From assembly GCA_023898525.1 (NCBI GenBank), contig CP060227.1, positions 557,634-621,633 of the forward strand: DNA of 64,000 bases, written 5' to 3'. The translations under genes and the position numbers were made by a program. Every line of letters begins with the position of its first letter. Position 1 is the first letter of the stretch. The DNA is from Candidatus Nomurabacteria bacterium (GTDB taxonomy: Bacteria; Patescibacteriota; Minisyncoccia; Phycocordibacterales; UBA918). Shown piece after piece: positions 16,975 to 26,325 of the stretch. Below the pieces are notes generated by a model that saw only the letters and a list, made by a program, of their open reading frames with translations, was not told where the DNA came from and ran no database searches.

Positions 16975-17874
16975 TTAATCCTTGTTTACCACCTTATGTC
17001 CACCAAATTGATTACGCATAGAAGCTACCAACTTACCTAAATAAGACTCTTTTTCGCGAGTAACTTTTCTTTGCTCTAGGGCCGCCTTGAGGACTTTTGT
17101 CTCTCCTATAGTCAGGATATGTTCCATTTCAAATTCTGTCTCACCGGTTGGTACCACCCCAGCCACCACATCTATCTGTCCTTCTTCATAAGCCTGTCTA
17201 AGCCAGGTCACTAACTTACTCGTTATAATACTTTCGTGTTCATAGGGTTTAAACACCTCTTTTAGATCAATACCAAACTCTTCTTCATGTTCATGTAACA
17301 CAGTCACACCTTCTGCAATCGCCCCCATCATGCCATACTCAATGCCGTTATGCACCATCTTTACAAAATGTCCCGCTCCTTCATTACCTACTCGCGCATA
17401 CCCATTTGGTGCTGCCAGTGTCTCAAAAATATGTTCATGTTCAGCGAATATTTCCGGCTTTCCACCAACCATAATCGAAGCTCCATACCGAGCTCCCTCC
17501 ATACCGCCAGACATACCACAATCTAAGAAATTCAACTCCTTCTCCACTAAAGCTTTATGTCGTCTGAGTGAATCTTGATAAAAACTATTCCCACCATCAA
17601 TCACTGTGTCACCCTTAGCCAAAAGTGGTATTAGTTCATCAAGGACACTGTCGACCAGTTTGCTCGGCACCATTAGCCACACCACCCTGTCTTCGGGCAA
17701 AGCGGCCGTCATCTCAGAATAATTCTCAACCACTTCCACTCCAGCTGCTTTGGCGGCCTTTTGCGCTTCTTCGTTTGGATCAAACCCTACTACTCTATAA
17801 CCTTTTTCTACCAACAGAGCTGTCATATTTAAACCCATGCGACCAAGTCCGATAAAACCAATTTCTTTTTTCAT
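16975..17874 (-). CDS. gnd: 6-phosphogluconate dehydrogenase (decarboxylating), short YqeC-type form.
   Basis: The N-terminal Rossmann motif is IGFIGLGRMGLNM. It also has GGNS...GTSGG-like motifs (DCGMSGG). The length is about 300 aa. Confidence 0.85.
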   Translation of the reverse strand: MKKEIGFIGLGRMGLNMTALLVEKGYRVVGFDPNEEAQKAAKAAGVEVVENYSEMTAALPEDRVVWLMVPSKLVDSVLDELIPLLAKGDTVIDGGNSFYQDSLRRHKALVEKELNFLDCGMSGGMEGARYGASIMVGGKPEIFAEHEHIFETLAAPNGYARVGNEGAGHFVKMVHNGIEYGMMGAIAEGVTVLHEHEEEFGIDLKEVFKPYEHESIITSKLVTWLRQAYEEGQIDVVAGVVPTGETEFEMEHILTIGETKVLKAALEQRKVTREKESYLGKLVASMRNQFGGHKVVNKD

Positions 17875-17902
17875 AAAAAATAAATATATTAGCTAACAAA
17901 TA

Positions 17903-19384
17903 CTATTTGGCATCAGTTGGGCCACTGCTTCCTTTCGGATATTTGAGTAGCGGCAGATTTTTAAATGACTCAATAATCGGAGTCACAAAACGCCAAGCTG
18001 CCTCCACTTCATCGCTACTTACAAACCGAGTTTGGTTACCAGAAATACAGTCATACAAGACTCGCTCGTAAGCTTCGGGTGAATAGCTATCTGTAGTCTT
18101 CTCGTGCAACAGCACCAACTTTTGTTCTTTAAGAGAAAATTCGAAACCCGGCTCTTTCATCCACATTGAGAGACAGATGTGTTGTTCGAGAGCAAATTGT
18201 ATCTTGAGTACATTTTTGTGCTGATGCACTTCCTCCGTATACGCACAGTTACAATTATCAGCTGAGCGAAAAGTAATGACTGCCTCGTTAATAGTTTTGT
18301 CCAAAGCTTTTCCAGCCTCAAGCGAAAAATGTACTCCTGACCACTCAGAATCTTTAGCCACAAAAGAGATCTTAAAATATGTCTCAGTCTCCGAATCCTC
18401 TTCCACACCCAACGTTTCAGTGAACCCTTCATATTGCCCTCGCACTACCCGATCCGGGCCCTGACTCAAGAGTGAAGACAAGGCTTCGGCTCTGGCTTTC
18501 CTTACTGAAGCTGCATCATGCACGTCGACTTTAGACATGGTAAGCAAAGCCAACATTTGTAGCAAATGATTTTGCCCAACGTCTCGTAAAGTTCCTATGT
18601 TGTCATAAAATGATCCACGATTAGAAACATCCTTTTCTTCCAAAAGACGAATGTCAATTGATTCTATATTGTCTTTATTCCAAGAATCAGTCAAAATACT
18701 GTTAGCAAAACGTAAGGAGATGATATTTTCAATAGCATCTTTTTCCAAGTAGTGATCAATTCGGTACACCTGTTCATCAGTAAACAAATTGCAAAGTTTG
18801 TCTTCAAGAACCTGAGCTGTCTCCAGGTCTCGACCAAATGGTTTTTCAACCAAAAGTCGTGACCAAGAATCATGATTGTCACAAAGCGCCATGGCCTGAC
18901 TATCGTTTAATTGTTCAAAAATTATATTGTAATACTGTGGCGGCACCGCTAAATAAAACAACTTATTGGTGCATTGCTTTATTTCAGTATCATAATTTAG
19001 CAAAGCTGTTTTGATCTTGGTGTAGGCTTCGTCGTCGTCAAAGCTACCGTCGAGGTAGCGCAGGTGACTACAAAATTCAGACACAGCCTCACTGTCATGT
19101 TGATGTCCTTTTTTGTTGATACTTTCTTTTACAAAATCTCGATATTCTTGATCTGACAGAATTTTACGCGACAAGCCTATGATTACAAATTTATCTGGTA
19201 AAGCTCCTGTCACATATAAATCAAGTAAAGCTGGAAAAAGCTTAGTCTGAGCTAGATCGCCGGTTCCACCAAAAACTACTATAGCGGTCGGTAGGTTGTA
19301 CTTTTTGTTATCTATCATCATTCTCAATAATACACCCACCTCTTGAAGACTTACACCCTTCCATGTTAATATTTTAGTAATCAC
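17903..19384 (-). CDS. zwf: Glucose-6-phosphate 1-dehydrogenase.
   Basis: The NADP-binding motif is VVFGGTGDLA. The catalytic signature is RIDHYLEKD (compare RIDHYLGKE). The true start is probably an internal Met (MMIDNKK...). Confidence 0.9.
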   Translation of the reverse strand: MITKILTWKGVSLQEVGVLLRMMIDNKKYNLPTAIVVFGGTGDLAQTKLFPALLDLYVTGALPDKFVIIGLSRKILSDQEYRDFVKESINKKGHQHDSEAVSEFCSHLRYLDGSFDDDEAYTKIKTALLNYDTEIKQCTNKLFYLAVPPQYYNIIFEQLNDSQAMALCDNHDSWSRLLVEKPFGRDLETAQVLEDKLCNLFTDEQVYRIDHYLEKDAIENIISLRFANSILTDSWNKDNIESIDIRLLEEKDVSNRGSFYDNIGTLRDVGQNHLLQMLALLTMSKVDVHDAASVRKARAEALSSLLSQGPDRVVRGQYEGFTETLGVEEDSETETYFKISFVAKDSEWSGVHFSLEAGKALDKTINEAVITFRSADNCNCAYTEEVHQHKNVLKIQFALEQHICLSMWMKEPGFEFSLKEQKLVLLHEKTTDSYSPEAYERVLYDCISGNQTRFVSSDEVEAAWRFVTPIIESFKNLPLLKYPKGSSGPTDAK

Positions 19385-19402
19385 GCAAGTAATTAAATCA
19401 CT

Positions 19403-19723
19403 ATGTTAGAAAAAGAAAAAATTGAAGCCTTACGAAAAAAACTCAGCACATCAGTCGATGATGTTATATTGATTGAAACCTTCAAGCTTTTAGGCGACAA
19501 AAATCGTTTTCGGATTATCAAAATGCTAACTGAAGAAAAGGAATTATGTGTTAGCGAACTGGCTGCCATTCTTGATACCTCAATGTCAGCTGTATCGCAA
19601 CATCTTCGCATCTTAGAAATGTCGGGCTTAGTCGAAGGTAAGCGCTGTGGCCAGATGATGTGCTACACACCTTTAATAGATCATCCAAAAGTAAAGGCTA
19701 TTATCAAACTAATGGATTCTTAA
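19403..19723 (+). CDS. ArsR/SmtB-family metalloregulatory transcriptional repressor.
   Basis: It has a winged HTH (ELCVSELAAILDTSMSAVSQHLRILEMSGLV) and a size typical of the family. Confidence 0.85.
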   Translation: MLEKEKIEALRKKLSTSVDDVILIETFKLLGDKNRFRIIKMLTEEKELCVSELAAILDTSMSAVSQHLRILEMSGLVEGKRCGQMMCYTPLIDHPKVKAIIKLMDS

Positions 19724-19734
19724 TCTAGAGCAAA

Positions 19735-20373
19735 ATGCCCATTAATTTAAACATAAAAAATATTCTTGGTGCGCTTTGGATTTTAATAATACTTGCCGCC
19801 ATTTACTACTATCTAAGCCATGGCATATCGATTGAAACCATTCAAAGCAACCTAGCCGGTCTAGGTTGGTGGTCTGGACTAGTATTTATACTCGCATATA
19901 CCATTAGACCTTTAGTATTTTTTCCAGCCTCAATTATGACCCCTTTGTCGGCGGTTCTATTTGGACCCGTCATGGGTTGGGTATATACATATATAGGTGA
20001 AAATTTATCTGCTACTGTCGCCTTCTTTACCGCCCGCTACTTTGGTCGTAACTTTGTCAAAGAGAACCAAAACGCCTTTATCAAAAAATACGATGAGAAA
20101 CTGCGCTGCTGTGGCTTTGAAACAGTTTTAACCTTGCGCCTGATTCCTCTTTTCCCTTTTGATTTTGTTAACTATGCTTCTGGACTCTCCGCCATCCGTT
20201 ACAGTAGCTATATCGGCGCAACCTTGCTCGGTGTAATTCCTGGTTTAACCGCCTACATCTTTCTCGGTGGATCATTAATGAATCCTTATTTGATCATTCC
20301 AACCGTTATTCTCTTTGGTTTGATTGCTTGGTTTGTCCACCGTCATCATAAAAAGACAAAGGATCAGGCATAA
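19735..20373 (+). CDS. TVP38/TMEM64 (DedA) family membrane protein.
   Basis: The motifs FFTARYFGR and RLIPLFPFDFVNYASGL are typical of this family. Confidence 0.8.
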   Translation: MPINLNIKNILGALWILIILAAIYYYLSHGISIETIQSNLAGLGWWSGLVFILAYTIRPLVFFPASIMTPLSAVLFGPVMGWVYTYIGENLSATVAFFTARYFGRNFVKENQNAFIKKYDEKLRCCGFETVLTLRLIPLFPFDFVNYASGLSAIRYSSYIGATLLGVIPGLTAYIFLGGSLMNPYLIIPTVILFGLIAWFVHRHHKKTKDQA

Positions 20374-20377
20374 AAAA

Positions 20378-20432
20378 ATAAAAGGCCGCCCAGCCCGTCA
20401 TAAATGACGGGCTGGGCGGCCTTTTATTTTTT
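20378..20432. terminator. Bidirectional terminator formed by a perfect 22-bp-arm palindrome.
   Basis: aaaaggccgcccagcccgtcat-aaa-tgacgggctgggcggcctttt, flanked by A/T runs. Confidence 0.8.
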
Positions 20433-21865
20433 TATGCCTGCAAACGATACAACCACCGCATTATGCTTTTAACTCTCGGTGTCAGGCGTTGTCTTTGACC
20501 TTCTGCCACCAAGCGCTTATTTATTCTTGCTGCGGTTGGGTAAGGATAGGTTTTATTAAAAATAGCATTCACGGTCAAATCGTTTTGGGTTGCTAAGATT
20601 AATTCCTGGATCAGCTCTCCGGCATTAGGAGCCACCATTGTGCCACCCAATATTTTCTTAGAACTGGTCTCAACAAACATTTTGGCATGACCATACCTAG
20701 CATCATCGGTAATAGCCCGATCATCTTCAGCAAATGAAGATTCGAGCACCGCGTATTTAATCCCCCGCTTTTGTAGTTCTGTTTCTGACAAACCATAAGT
20801 CGCTAACTCAGGAGAAGTATAAGTAACCCAAGAAATCGCGTCGGTTGATAATTTATTCTTAAACAAAGGAGTTAAGAAGTTTCTGATGATAACTCCAGCG
20901 TGTATTTCCGCCGCGTGGGTAAACTGATGCTGACCAACCACGTCTCCGCAAACAAGAATATTTTTGTTGGTAGTCCGCAAATAATCGTCAACCACAATTT
21001 TGCCGCGCTCATTTACTGCTACCCCGGCTTTTTGTAAAGCTAGAGATTCAGTATTTAGCACCCGTCCAATTGATACCAAAACCGCATCGAAAGTTATCGT
21101 ATCATTAGTTTTGTTATCCCTATCTTCGATCACCAAAGTGTCTCCATTTTCAAAACGCAATGAGTTTTTATTGAAGTGAAAATTAACTCCATCCTTGATT
21201 AAACGATCAAATAAAATAGAAGAAATATCACCATCTTCTCGCGGCAGTATTCTGTCATCAATCGTCACCATATCGACCGCAGAACCAAAATGACGAAAAG
21301 CTTGACCAAGCTCAATCCCGATTGGACCAGCTCCAATCACCAGCAATCTTTTCGGTAAAGACGTTAAAGAAAAAATATTTTCGTTGGTAAACAATCTTCC
21401 TGCTTCCTGCACCACCTCTATACCGGGGATTGAAAGTGTTCGCGGTCGAGAGCCGGTGGCAATTATTATCTTCTTTCCTTTATACACTTGATCGCCTACC
21501 TTAACCGAATTTTTTGATTCAAAGTTCGCCTCACCAAGGACCACATCCATACCCTTAGAACGAAAGTGGTCAGCACTTTCGTGGGTTCGAATAATATCTT
21601 GCGTACTTTTTACATACGCCATAACCTCATCAAGATTAACTTCACCCTCTGTTTTTAGACCAAACCTGGATGCGTCTTTGGCTTCTTTAAATTTTCTAGC
21701 CACATGTATCAAAGCCTTTGAAGGTACACAACCAGTATTCAAACAGTCGCCACCAATATGATCAGCACTCTTATCAATTAAGAGCACCTTAAGGCCGATA
21801 CTGTTCATAAAAGAAGCAACATTGAGTCCTCCCGATCCGGCACCAATGATTATAATGTCGTACAT
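20432..21865 (-). CDS. FAD/NAD(P)-dependent pyridine nucleotide-disulfide oxidoreductase (dihydrolipoyl dehydrogenase / mercuric reductase family).
   Basis: The FAD motif is IIIGAGSGG. The redox-active disulfide is GGDCLNTGCVPSK. A second Rossmann motif (VIGAGPIGIELG) and a C-terminal dimerisation domain are present. I see no C-terminal vicinal Cys pair, so this is not a classical MerA. Confidence 0.85.
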   Translation of the reverse strand: MYDIIIIGAGSGGLNVASFMNSIGLKVLLIDKSADHIGGDCLNTGCVPSKALIHVARKFKEAKDASRFGLKTEGEVNLDEVMAYVKSTQDIIRTHESADHFRSKGMDVVLGEANFESKNSVKVGDQVYKGKKIIIATGSRPRTLSIPGIEVVQEAGRLFTNENIFSLTSLPKRLLVIGAGPIGIELGQAFRHFGSAVDMVTIDDRILPREDGDISSILFDRLIKDGVNFHFNKNSLRFENGDTLVIEDRDNKTNDTITFDAVLVSIGRVLNTESLALQKAGVAVNERGKIVVDDYLRTTNKNILVCGDVVGQHQFTHAAEIHAGVIIRNFLTPLFKNKLSTDAISWVTYTSPELATYGLSETELQKRGIKYAVLESSFAEDDRAITDDARYGHAKMFVETSSKKILGGTMVAPNAGELIQELILATQNDLTVNAIFNKTYPYPTAARINKRLVAEGQRQRLTPRVKSIMRWLYRLQA

Positions 21866-21948
21866 AAAAAGATATTAGCAATACTTTAGCATGTGCGCAA
21901 TTATTTAATTCACACTTATGCTAGTGTGAGGAGTCTATAAATAAAAGA

Positions 21949-21975
21949 AAAAACCAGCATCAGCTGGTTTTTTCT
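21949..21975. terminator. Bidirectional terminator hairpin aaaaaaccagc-atca-gctggtttttt.
   Basis: Seen directly in the sequence, downstream of rpsT. Confidence 0.7.
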
Positions 21976-21980
21976 TTTAT

Positions 21981-22244
21981 TTATTTTACAGTCTTTACTT
22001 TTGCTGTTAGTCGTGACTTTTTGCGAGCGGCGGTATTATCTTTGATAACTCCTCTTTTCGCAGCCTTGTCAATCGCCTTGTAAGCTTTTGGTAATAGCTC
22101 CTTAGCTTTCTTGGCGTCACCGGCAGTAACAGCTTTTGTGACATCTTTCACCACATCGTTCATGGCACCCTTACGACGAATATTAAATACTCGCTTTTTT
22201 AGTGACTGAACATGGGCTTTTTTTGCTCCTTTTGTTATCGGCAT
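21981..22244 (-). CDS. rpsT: 30S ribosomal protein S20.
   Basis: It is an 87-aa basic protein. The N-terminal MPITKGAKKAHVQSLKKRVFNIRRK and the C-terminal KRGVIKDNTAARKKSRL match the S20 pattern (AKKR...N...RKS). Confidence 0.9.
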   Translation of the reverse strand: MPITKGAKKAHVQSLKKRVFNIRRKGAMNDVVKDVTKAVTAGDAKKAKELLPKAYKAIDKAAKRGVIKDNTAARKKSRLTAKVKTVK

Positions 22245-22369
22245 ATAATTTATTTAAGTGACAGCACTATACGGCATTAACAGCAAAAAAGCAACCTTTT
22301 TACTGACCCAAACCCTGCCCGCAGACCAGTATTCTCAAGCACTCAAAGAAATGCTACTCTTTAAGTAAT

Positions 22370-23290
22370 ATGGCTAAACTTTATCCAAAATCTTTCTTTA
22401 AAGACCAGATTGTAGACACCGGGAACGCAAACTTGAACATCGCCAGCTCTGCCGTACTTTACGGTCTTAGTGTTTATACTGTCTTTCCGATATCCTTAAC
22501 ACCAGAAGGCTTAGCTGCCTTTCGTCTACCTGATCATTACAGACGCTTAATTAATTCCGCTCGCATCATCGGGATAGACACCTTTGAATTAAACTGGACT
22601 TACGAGAAATTCTTGCAAACAGTAATAGAATTGGCTAAAGCTAACAATCTGCAAGACAATGTTTTTGTTCGTGCCACGGTTCACGTTGATGAGTTGGTAC
22701 CAGGCACTAAATCACGCGGGCTAAACACCAGCCTGAGCATGTTTATCTATGAAGCAACACCCATCGTACCCCAAGACGGCATGCGGCTAAAGACCAGTGT
22801 CTGGCGCAGAATTCCTGATTATGTTATTCCCTCTCGCGCCAAGGTGAACGGAGCTTACGTAAACTCAGTCCTAGCCAAACAAGACGCCTTAGACAGCGGT
22901 TACGATGATTGTATTTTTCTCGATACTCACGGTCATGTTTGTGAACTAAGTGCGGCCAATATTTTTATTGTAAACAACGACACTCTCATTACCCCAGACA
23001 GCGCCTCTGACTTACTAGAAGGAATCAACCGACGCACTATTCTTGAATTTGCTAAAGAGCTTAATATACCAACCCAAACCAGAACCGTTGACCTCACCGA
23101 GCTCTACACCGCAGACGAAATCTTTGTTTGTGGCACCTCTTCATATATTGCACCAGTCAAAGAAATCGATGCCAGACCAATCGGTAATGGTGAATCGGGT
23201 ACTATAACCAAAACCTTTAGAGAAAAACATGAAAAAGTTTTGACCGGAAAAGATGAAAGTTATCGAAAGTATCTTACAAAACTGGACTAG
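22370..23290 (+). CDS. Class IV PLP-dependent aminotransferase (branched-chain amino acid or D-amino acid aminotransferase).
   Basis: The signatures EGINRRTI and ADEIFVCGTS are class IV aminotransferase motifs. The length is 306 aa. Confidence 0.8.
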   Translation: MAKLYPKSFFKDQIVDTGNANLNIASSAVLYGLSVYTVFPISLTPEGLAAFRLPDHYRRLINSARIIGIDTFELNWTYEKFLQTVIELAKANNLQDNVFVRATVHVDELVPGTKSRGLNTSLSMFIYEATPIVPQDGMRLKTSVWRRIPDYVIPSRAKVNGAYVNSVLAKQDALDSGYDDCIFLDTHGHVCELSAANIFIVNNDTLITPDSASDLLEGINRRTILEFAKELNIPTQTRTVDLTELYTADEIFVCGTSSYIAPVKEIDARPIGNGESGTITKTFREKHEKVLTGKDESYRKYLTKLD

Positions 23291-23340
23291 AGGCCCTTGG
23301 TTAGACAGCATTATATAACATTCCCTTCCTTTTAAGACTT

Positions 23341-23946
23341 GTGTACAATACACTTAATATGATTAGACAACTAGAAGGTAAAATCACGGCAATTTCAGAA
23401 AGTAGCATAGTAGTAATGGTAAATGGTATTGGCTACCAAGTTTTTACCAATACCAGCCGGCGCGAGTTTATCCCTGACGAGACTGTCTTTATGTACACTC
23501 ACCTCGCCGTACGCGAGACCGCCCTTGACCTCTACGGTTTTACCGACCGCGACGAACTTACCTACTTTGAACTCTTACTAAATATTCCCAAAGTCGGTCC
23601 CAAGTCTGCGCTAGCTATACTAAACCAAGCCGACATCAACCTTCTTTATAGCACCGCCGCCGAACAAGACGCTGACCAACTACACAAACTCTCTGGCATA
23701 GGGAAAAAGACTGCTATCAATATAGTTAATTATTTATCAAGTAAGCTAGACCAATTACCCAACACCGCTTCGGCCACAGCCGTTTCCAGCTCTCAGTTAT
23801 CGACCGCCCAAATTGATGCTATCGACGCTTTAATCACGCTTGGTTATGACCCAAAAGAAGCCCGCTCCTATGTAATTAAAATGAATGGATCCGATGACAC
23901 AAAAACTTTAGTGCAAGAAGTCTTAAAACAAATCCCGATTCCGTAG
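23341..23946 (+). CDS. ruvA: Holliday junction DNA helicase RuvA.
   Basis: MIRQLEGKI...VNGIGYQV...LDLYGF and the HhH motif PKVGPKSALAIL / LSGIGKKTA match RuvA. The probable start is the internal Met at 23359. Confidence 0.85.
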   Translation: MYNTLNMIRQLEGKITAISESSIVVMVNGIGYQVFTNTSRREFIPDETVFMYTHLAVRETALDLYGFTDRDELTYFELLLNIPKVGPKSALAILNQADINLLYSTAAEQDADQLHKLSGIGKKTAINIVNYLSSKLDQLPNTASATAVSSSQLSTAQIDAIDALITLGYDPKEARSYVIKMNGSDDTKTLVQEVLKQIPIP

Positions 23947-23972
23947 AAATACAGAGGATTTTTCAAAAAACC

Positions 23973-23999
23973 ACTAGACACTTGTGTCTAGTGGAGAAA
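23973..23999. terminator. Bidirectional terminator ccactagacac-ttg-tgtctagtgg.
   Basis: A perfect 11-bp stem. Confidence 0.7.
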
Positions 24000-24023
24000 T
24001 AACCACAAAAAAGAACAAAATAA

Positions 24024-24893
24024 CTATAATAAAGTCATAGCATCAACCGCATACCACTGACCAGTAACACCGGTCTGTTGTGGATTGAGCCATACACCTT
24101 CTATATCGTTGTATGTTTCAGTCTTGTATTTATCAAACTCTTCCTCCGGTTCTATCAACTCAACCGTCTTAAGGATTTTGGTGAAGAGAGCTTCGGTTTC
24201 TTCGACGTCAGCGGTTTGGGGAGGCAATAGTGAGATAAAAATATTTCGATAATTCTTAGGTTCTGCAACATAAGAATATTGAGCCTCTTGTTCAAAAAAA
24301 CCCCGATTCTCTCTATATGTAGACCAACCCTCCAAGAGATTTGTTTCCAAACATCCTGGTCTACTAGCTGGATTGTCACACCGAGACTTAAATCCAGTGT
24401 TGGGAAAGATATCGGCTTTATACACTACAGATAAGCGATAGCCAGATTTAACAATATATCCGCCATCCATAAACAAGGGTTCTTGCCTAGTTTTAAAATC
24501 ACTAGTTTCATAAACATCTTGAGTACTAAATAAATATTTACTCTGATATGGATGTGAGTACTTGTGTGTACTTGAACTGACATGAATAAACTCCATATCT
24601 CTCGGCACCCCAAATCTCACTGTGCCCGAAGAAATAATAAACTCCTCAAAGTCTTCAGGCAGTGGTGTGAGTTCACTGTATTTCTTTGGTGACACCTTAG
24701 GTATCATGTATTCTTCCTTTTCAGGATCTGTAGTGTAGGATTTATATTGAGTGGTGGTTGCTTGGTTTTGTGTACTATTGTTTGTTTGTTGGTTTTTAGT
24801 ATTGTCTGTTGTTTTTTCTTGGTCAAACAGCATAAATGCCAAGCTGGCTATAACCGCCAATGATATAAGGAAGATGATGTGGTTTTTGTTCAC
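24024..24893 (-). CDS. Membrane-anchored secreted protein, paralog A of a local family.
   Basis: It has an N-terminal TM segment (MNKNHIIFLISLAVIASLAFMLFDQEKT). The shared block is KSYTTDPEKEEYMIPKV.PKKYSELTPLPEDFEEFII.SGTVRFG.P.D. The shared C-terminus is PPQTAD.EETEALFT.ILKTVELIE, matching 25534..26274. The central region has diverged. Confidence 0.6.
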   Translation of the reverse strand: MNKNHIIFLISLAVIASLAFMLFDQEKTTDNTKNQQTNNSTQNQATTTQYKSYTTDPEKEEYMIPKVSPKKYSELTPLPEDFEEFIISSGTVRFGVPRDMEFIHVSSSTHKYSHPYQSKYLFSTQDVYETSDFKTRQEPLFMDGGYIVKSGYRLSVVYKADIFPNTGFKSRCDNPASRPGCLETNLLEGWSTYRENRGFFEQEAQYSYVAEPKNYRNIFISLLPPQTADVEETEALFTKILKTVELIEPEEEFDKYKTETYNDIEGVWLNPQQTGVTGQWYAVDAMTLL

Positions 24894-24932
24894 AAAAACA
24901 AAATATTATTTACAATCTTATGAGTAAAATTA

Positions 24933-25463
24933 TTACTCAATAATACCTATATACTCGTAAGAACTATAACAAGCACCTACACCATGTCCACCCACCGGCT
25001 TTTTCTGAAACTGTAGAGATATAGGATCAACAACAGATGACTGTATTACCGCCTTATCTTTCTCCGGTATCTCATGCCAAGGAAGATTTAATAATACTCC
25101 ACCGGTCTCACTCAAGGAATACACTCCATTACCACGCTTAATACGATCAACAATTGACAGAACTTCTTCACCAAACGGTTCTTTAATTTCAATCATGTGA
25201 CATATGCCATTTTCATCAATACTTTTACTATATTCAAAATCTCTGTCTGGAACATTATAGTCAATTATCGTGTATGTTCCCGTAAACACAACTAGTCCAG
25301 AAATTGGTTTAGACTTCTCATCATCAATATTTATAAAGTCACTATCATGGGTATTTGTTGTATGTTCTTCAACTTCATTTAAAGTTATGTGATTAAAAAT
25401 AACAACAAATAATCCCATAATAATCACGATCACTATAATATAAGCTATATATACTTTATTCAT
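24933..25463 (-). CDS. Membrane-anchored hypothetical protein (176 aa).
   Basis: It has an N-terminal TM segment (YIAYIIVIVIIMGLFVVIF) and sits between the two paralogs. Confidence 0.45.
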   Translation of the reverse strand: MNKVYIAYIIVIVIIMGLFVVIFNHITLNEVEEHTTNTHDSDFINIDDEKSKPISGLVVFTGTYTIIDYNVPDRDFEYSKSIDENGICHMIEIKEPFGEEVLSIVDRIKRGNGVYSLSETGGVLLNLPWHEIPEKDKAVIQSSVVDPISLQFQKKPVGGHGVGACYSSYEYIGIIE

Positions 25464-25533
25464 AGTGAAAACCGTACCACAACAGTGTATAAAAAGAAAT
25501 CTCTAGATCGATTTTTTAAAAGAGAAGTTGGAC

Positions 25534-26274
25534 TTATTCTTTCACTACTTCTATCAGCTCCACTGTTTTAAGAATCTCGGTAAAGAGAGCTTCTGTTTCT
25601 TCAATGTCGGCGGTTTGGGGGGGATAGAGTGTCATCTCTAAACTACCGAATATTTTAGACTGTGCAATATATATATATTGTAGATTTTCTTCAAAATAAT
25701 TATCGTTTAGTCTGTAAGTGTACCAGTTATCTAGAAGATCGGTCTCATAACAAGTTTTACGATTTATAGCTAATAAACATCTAGAACCGTACCCTTTGTC
25801 TCCGTAACTTAAATTAAGTTGGACGAATAGCTGATATCCAGATGTAACCACGTAATCGTCTTCACCTTGAAGATCAGCGGCTATTATCTGGTTATAATCT
25901 TTGGTTTGATAATGATAAGTATTGTCACTAGAGCCAGTATTTACCAAACCTAAGTCTTTAGGTAACCCAAACCGCACGGTACCACTAGCAATAATAAACT
26001 CCTCAAAGTCTTCCGGTAGTGGAGTTAGTTCACTATACTTCTTTGGTTCTACCTTAGGTATCATGTATTCTTCCTTTTCAGGATCTGTAGTGTAGGATTT
26101 GTATTGAGTGGTGGTTGATATAGCTGTTTTATCATTAAGAATGTTGTTGGTTTTTTCTTGATCAAACAGTATAAAGGCCAGACCGGCGGTCACTGCCAAC
26201 ATAACGAGAAAGATGATGTGGTTTTTATTCATGATGGAAACCGTATCACAACAGTGTATAAAAAGAAACCCCAT
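25534..26274 (-). CDS. Membrane-anchored secreted protein, paralog B.
   Basis: It is conserved at the N- and C-termini with 24024..24893. The true start is probably MNKNHIIFLVMLAV (ATG near 26232). The upstream region (26224-26270) is near-identical to 25461-25504. Confidence 0.6.
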   Translation of the reverse strand: MGFLFIHCCDTVSIMNKNHIIFLVMLAVTAGLAFILFDQEKTNNILNDKTAISTTTQYKSYTTDPEKEEYMIPKVEPKKYSELTPLPEDFEEFIIASGTVRFGLPKDLGLVNTGSSDNTYHYQTKDYNQIIAADLQGEDDYVVTSGYQLFVQLNLSYGDKGYGSRCLLAINRKTCYETDLLDNWYTYRLNDNYFEENLQYIYIAQSKIFGSLEMTLYPPQTADIEETEALFTEILKTVELIEVVKE

Positions 26275-26325
26275 AATCAGTTACCTGATTATGGGGTTTT
26301 TAAAGAACTACTTACCTGCGAAGAA

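Noticed and set aside
16022-18882. ORFs 15779..16045 (-), 16022..16237 (+), 17330..17578 (+), 17625..17855 (+), 18157..18432 (-), 18276..18464 (+) and 18691..18882 (-) inside the DedA, gnd and zwf genes.
   Set aside because: They are shadow ORFs within well-supported genes.
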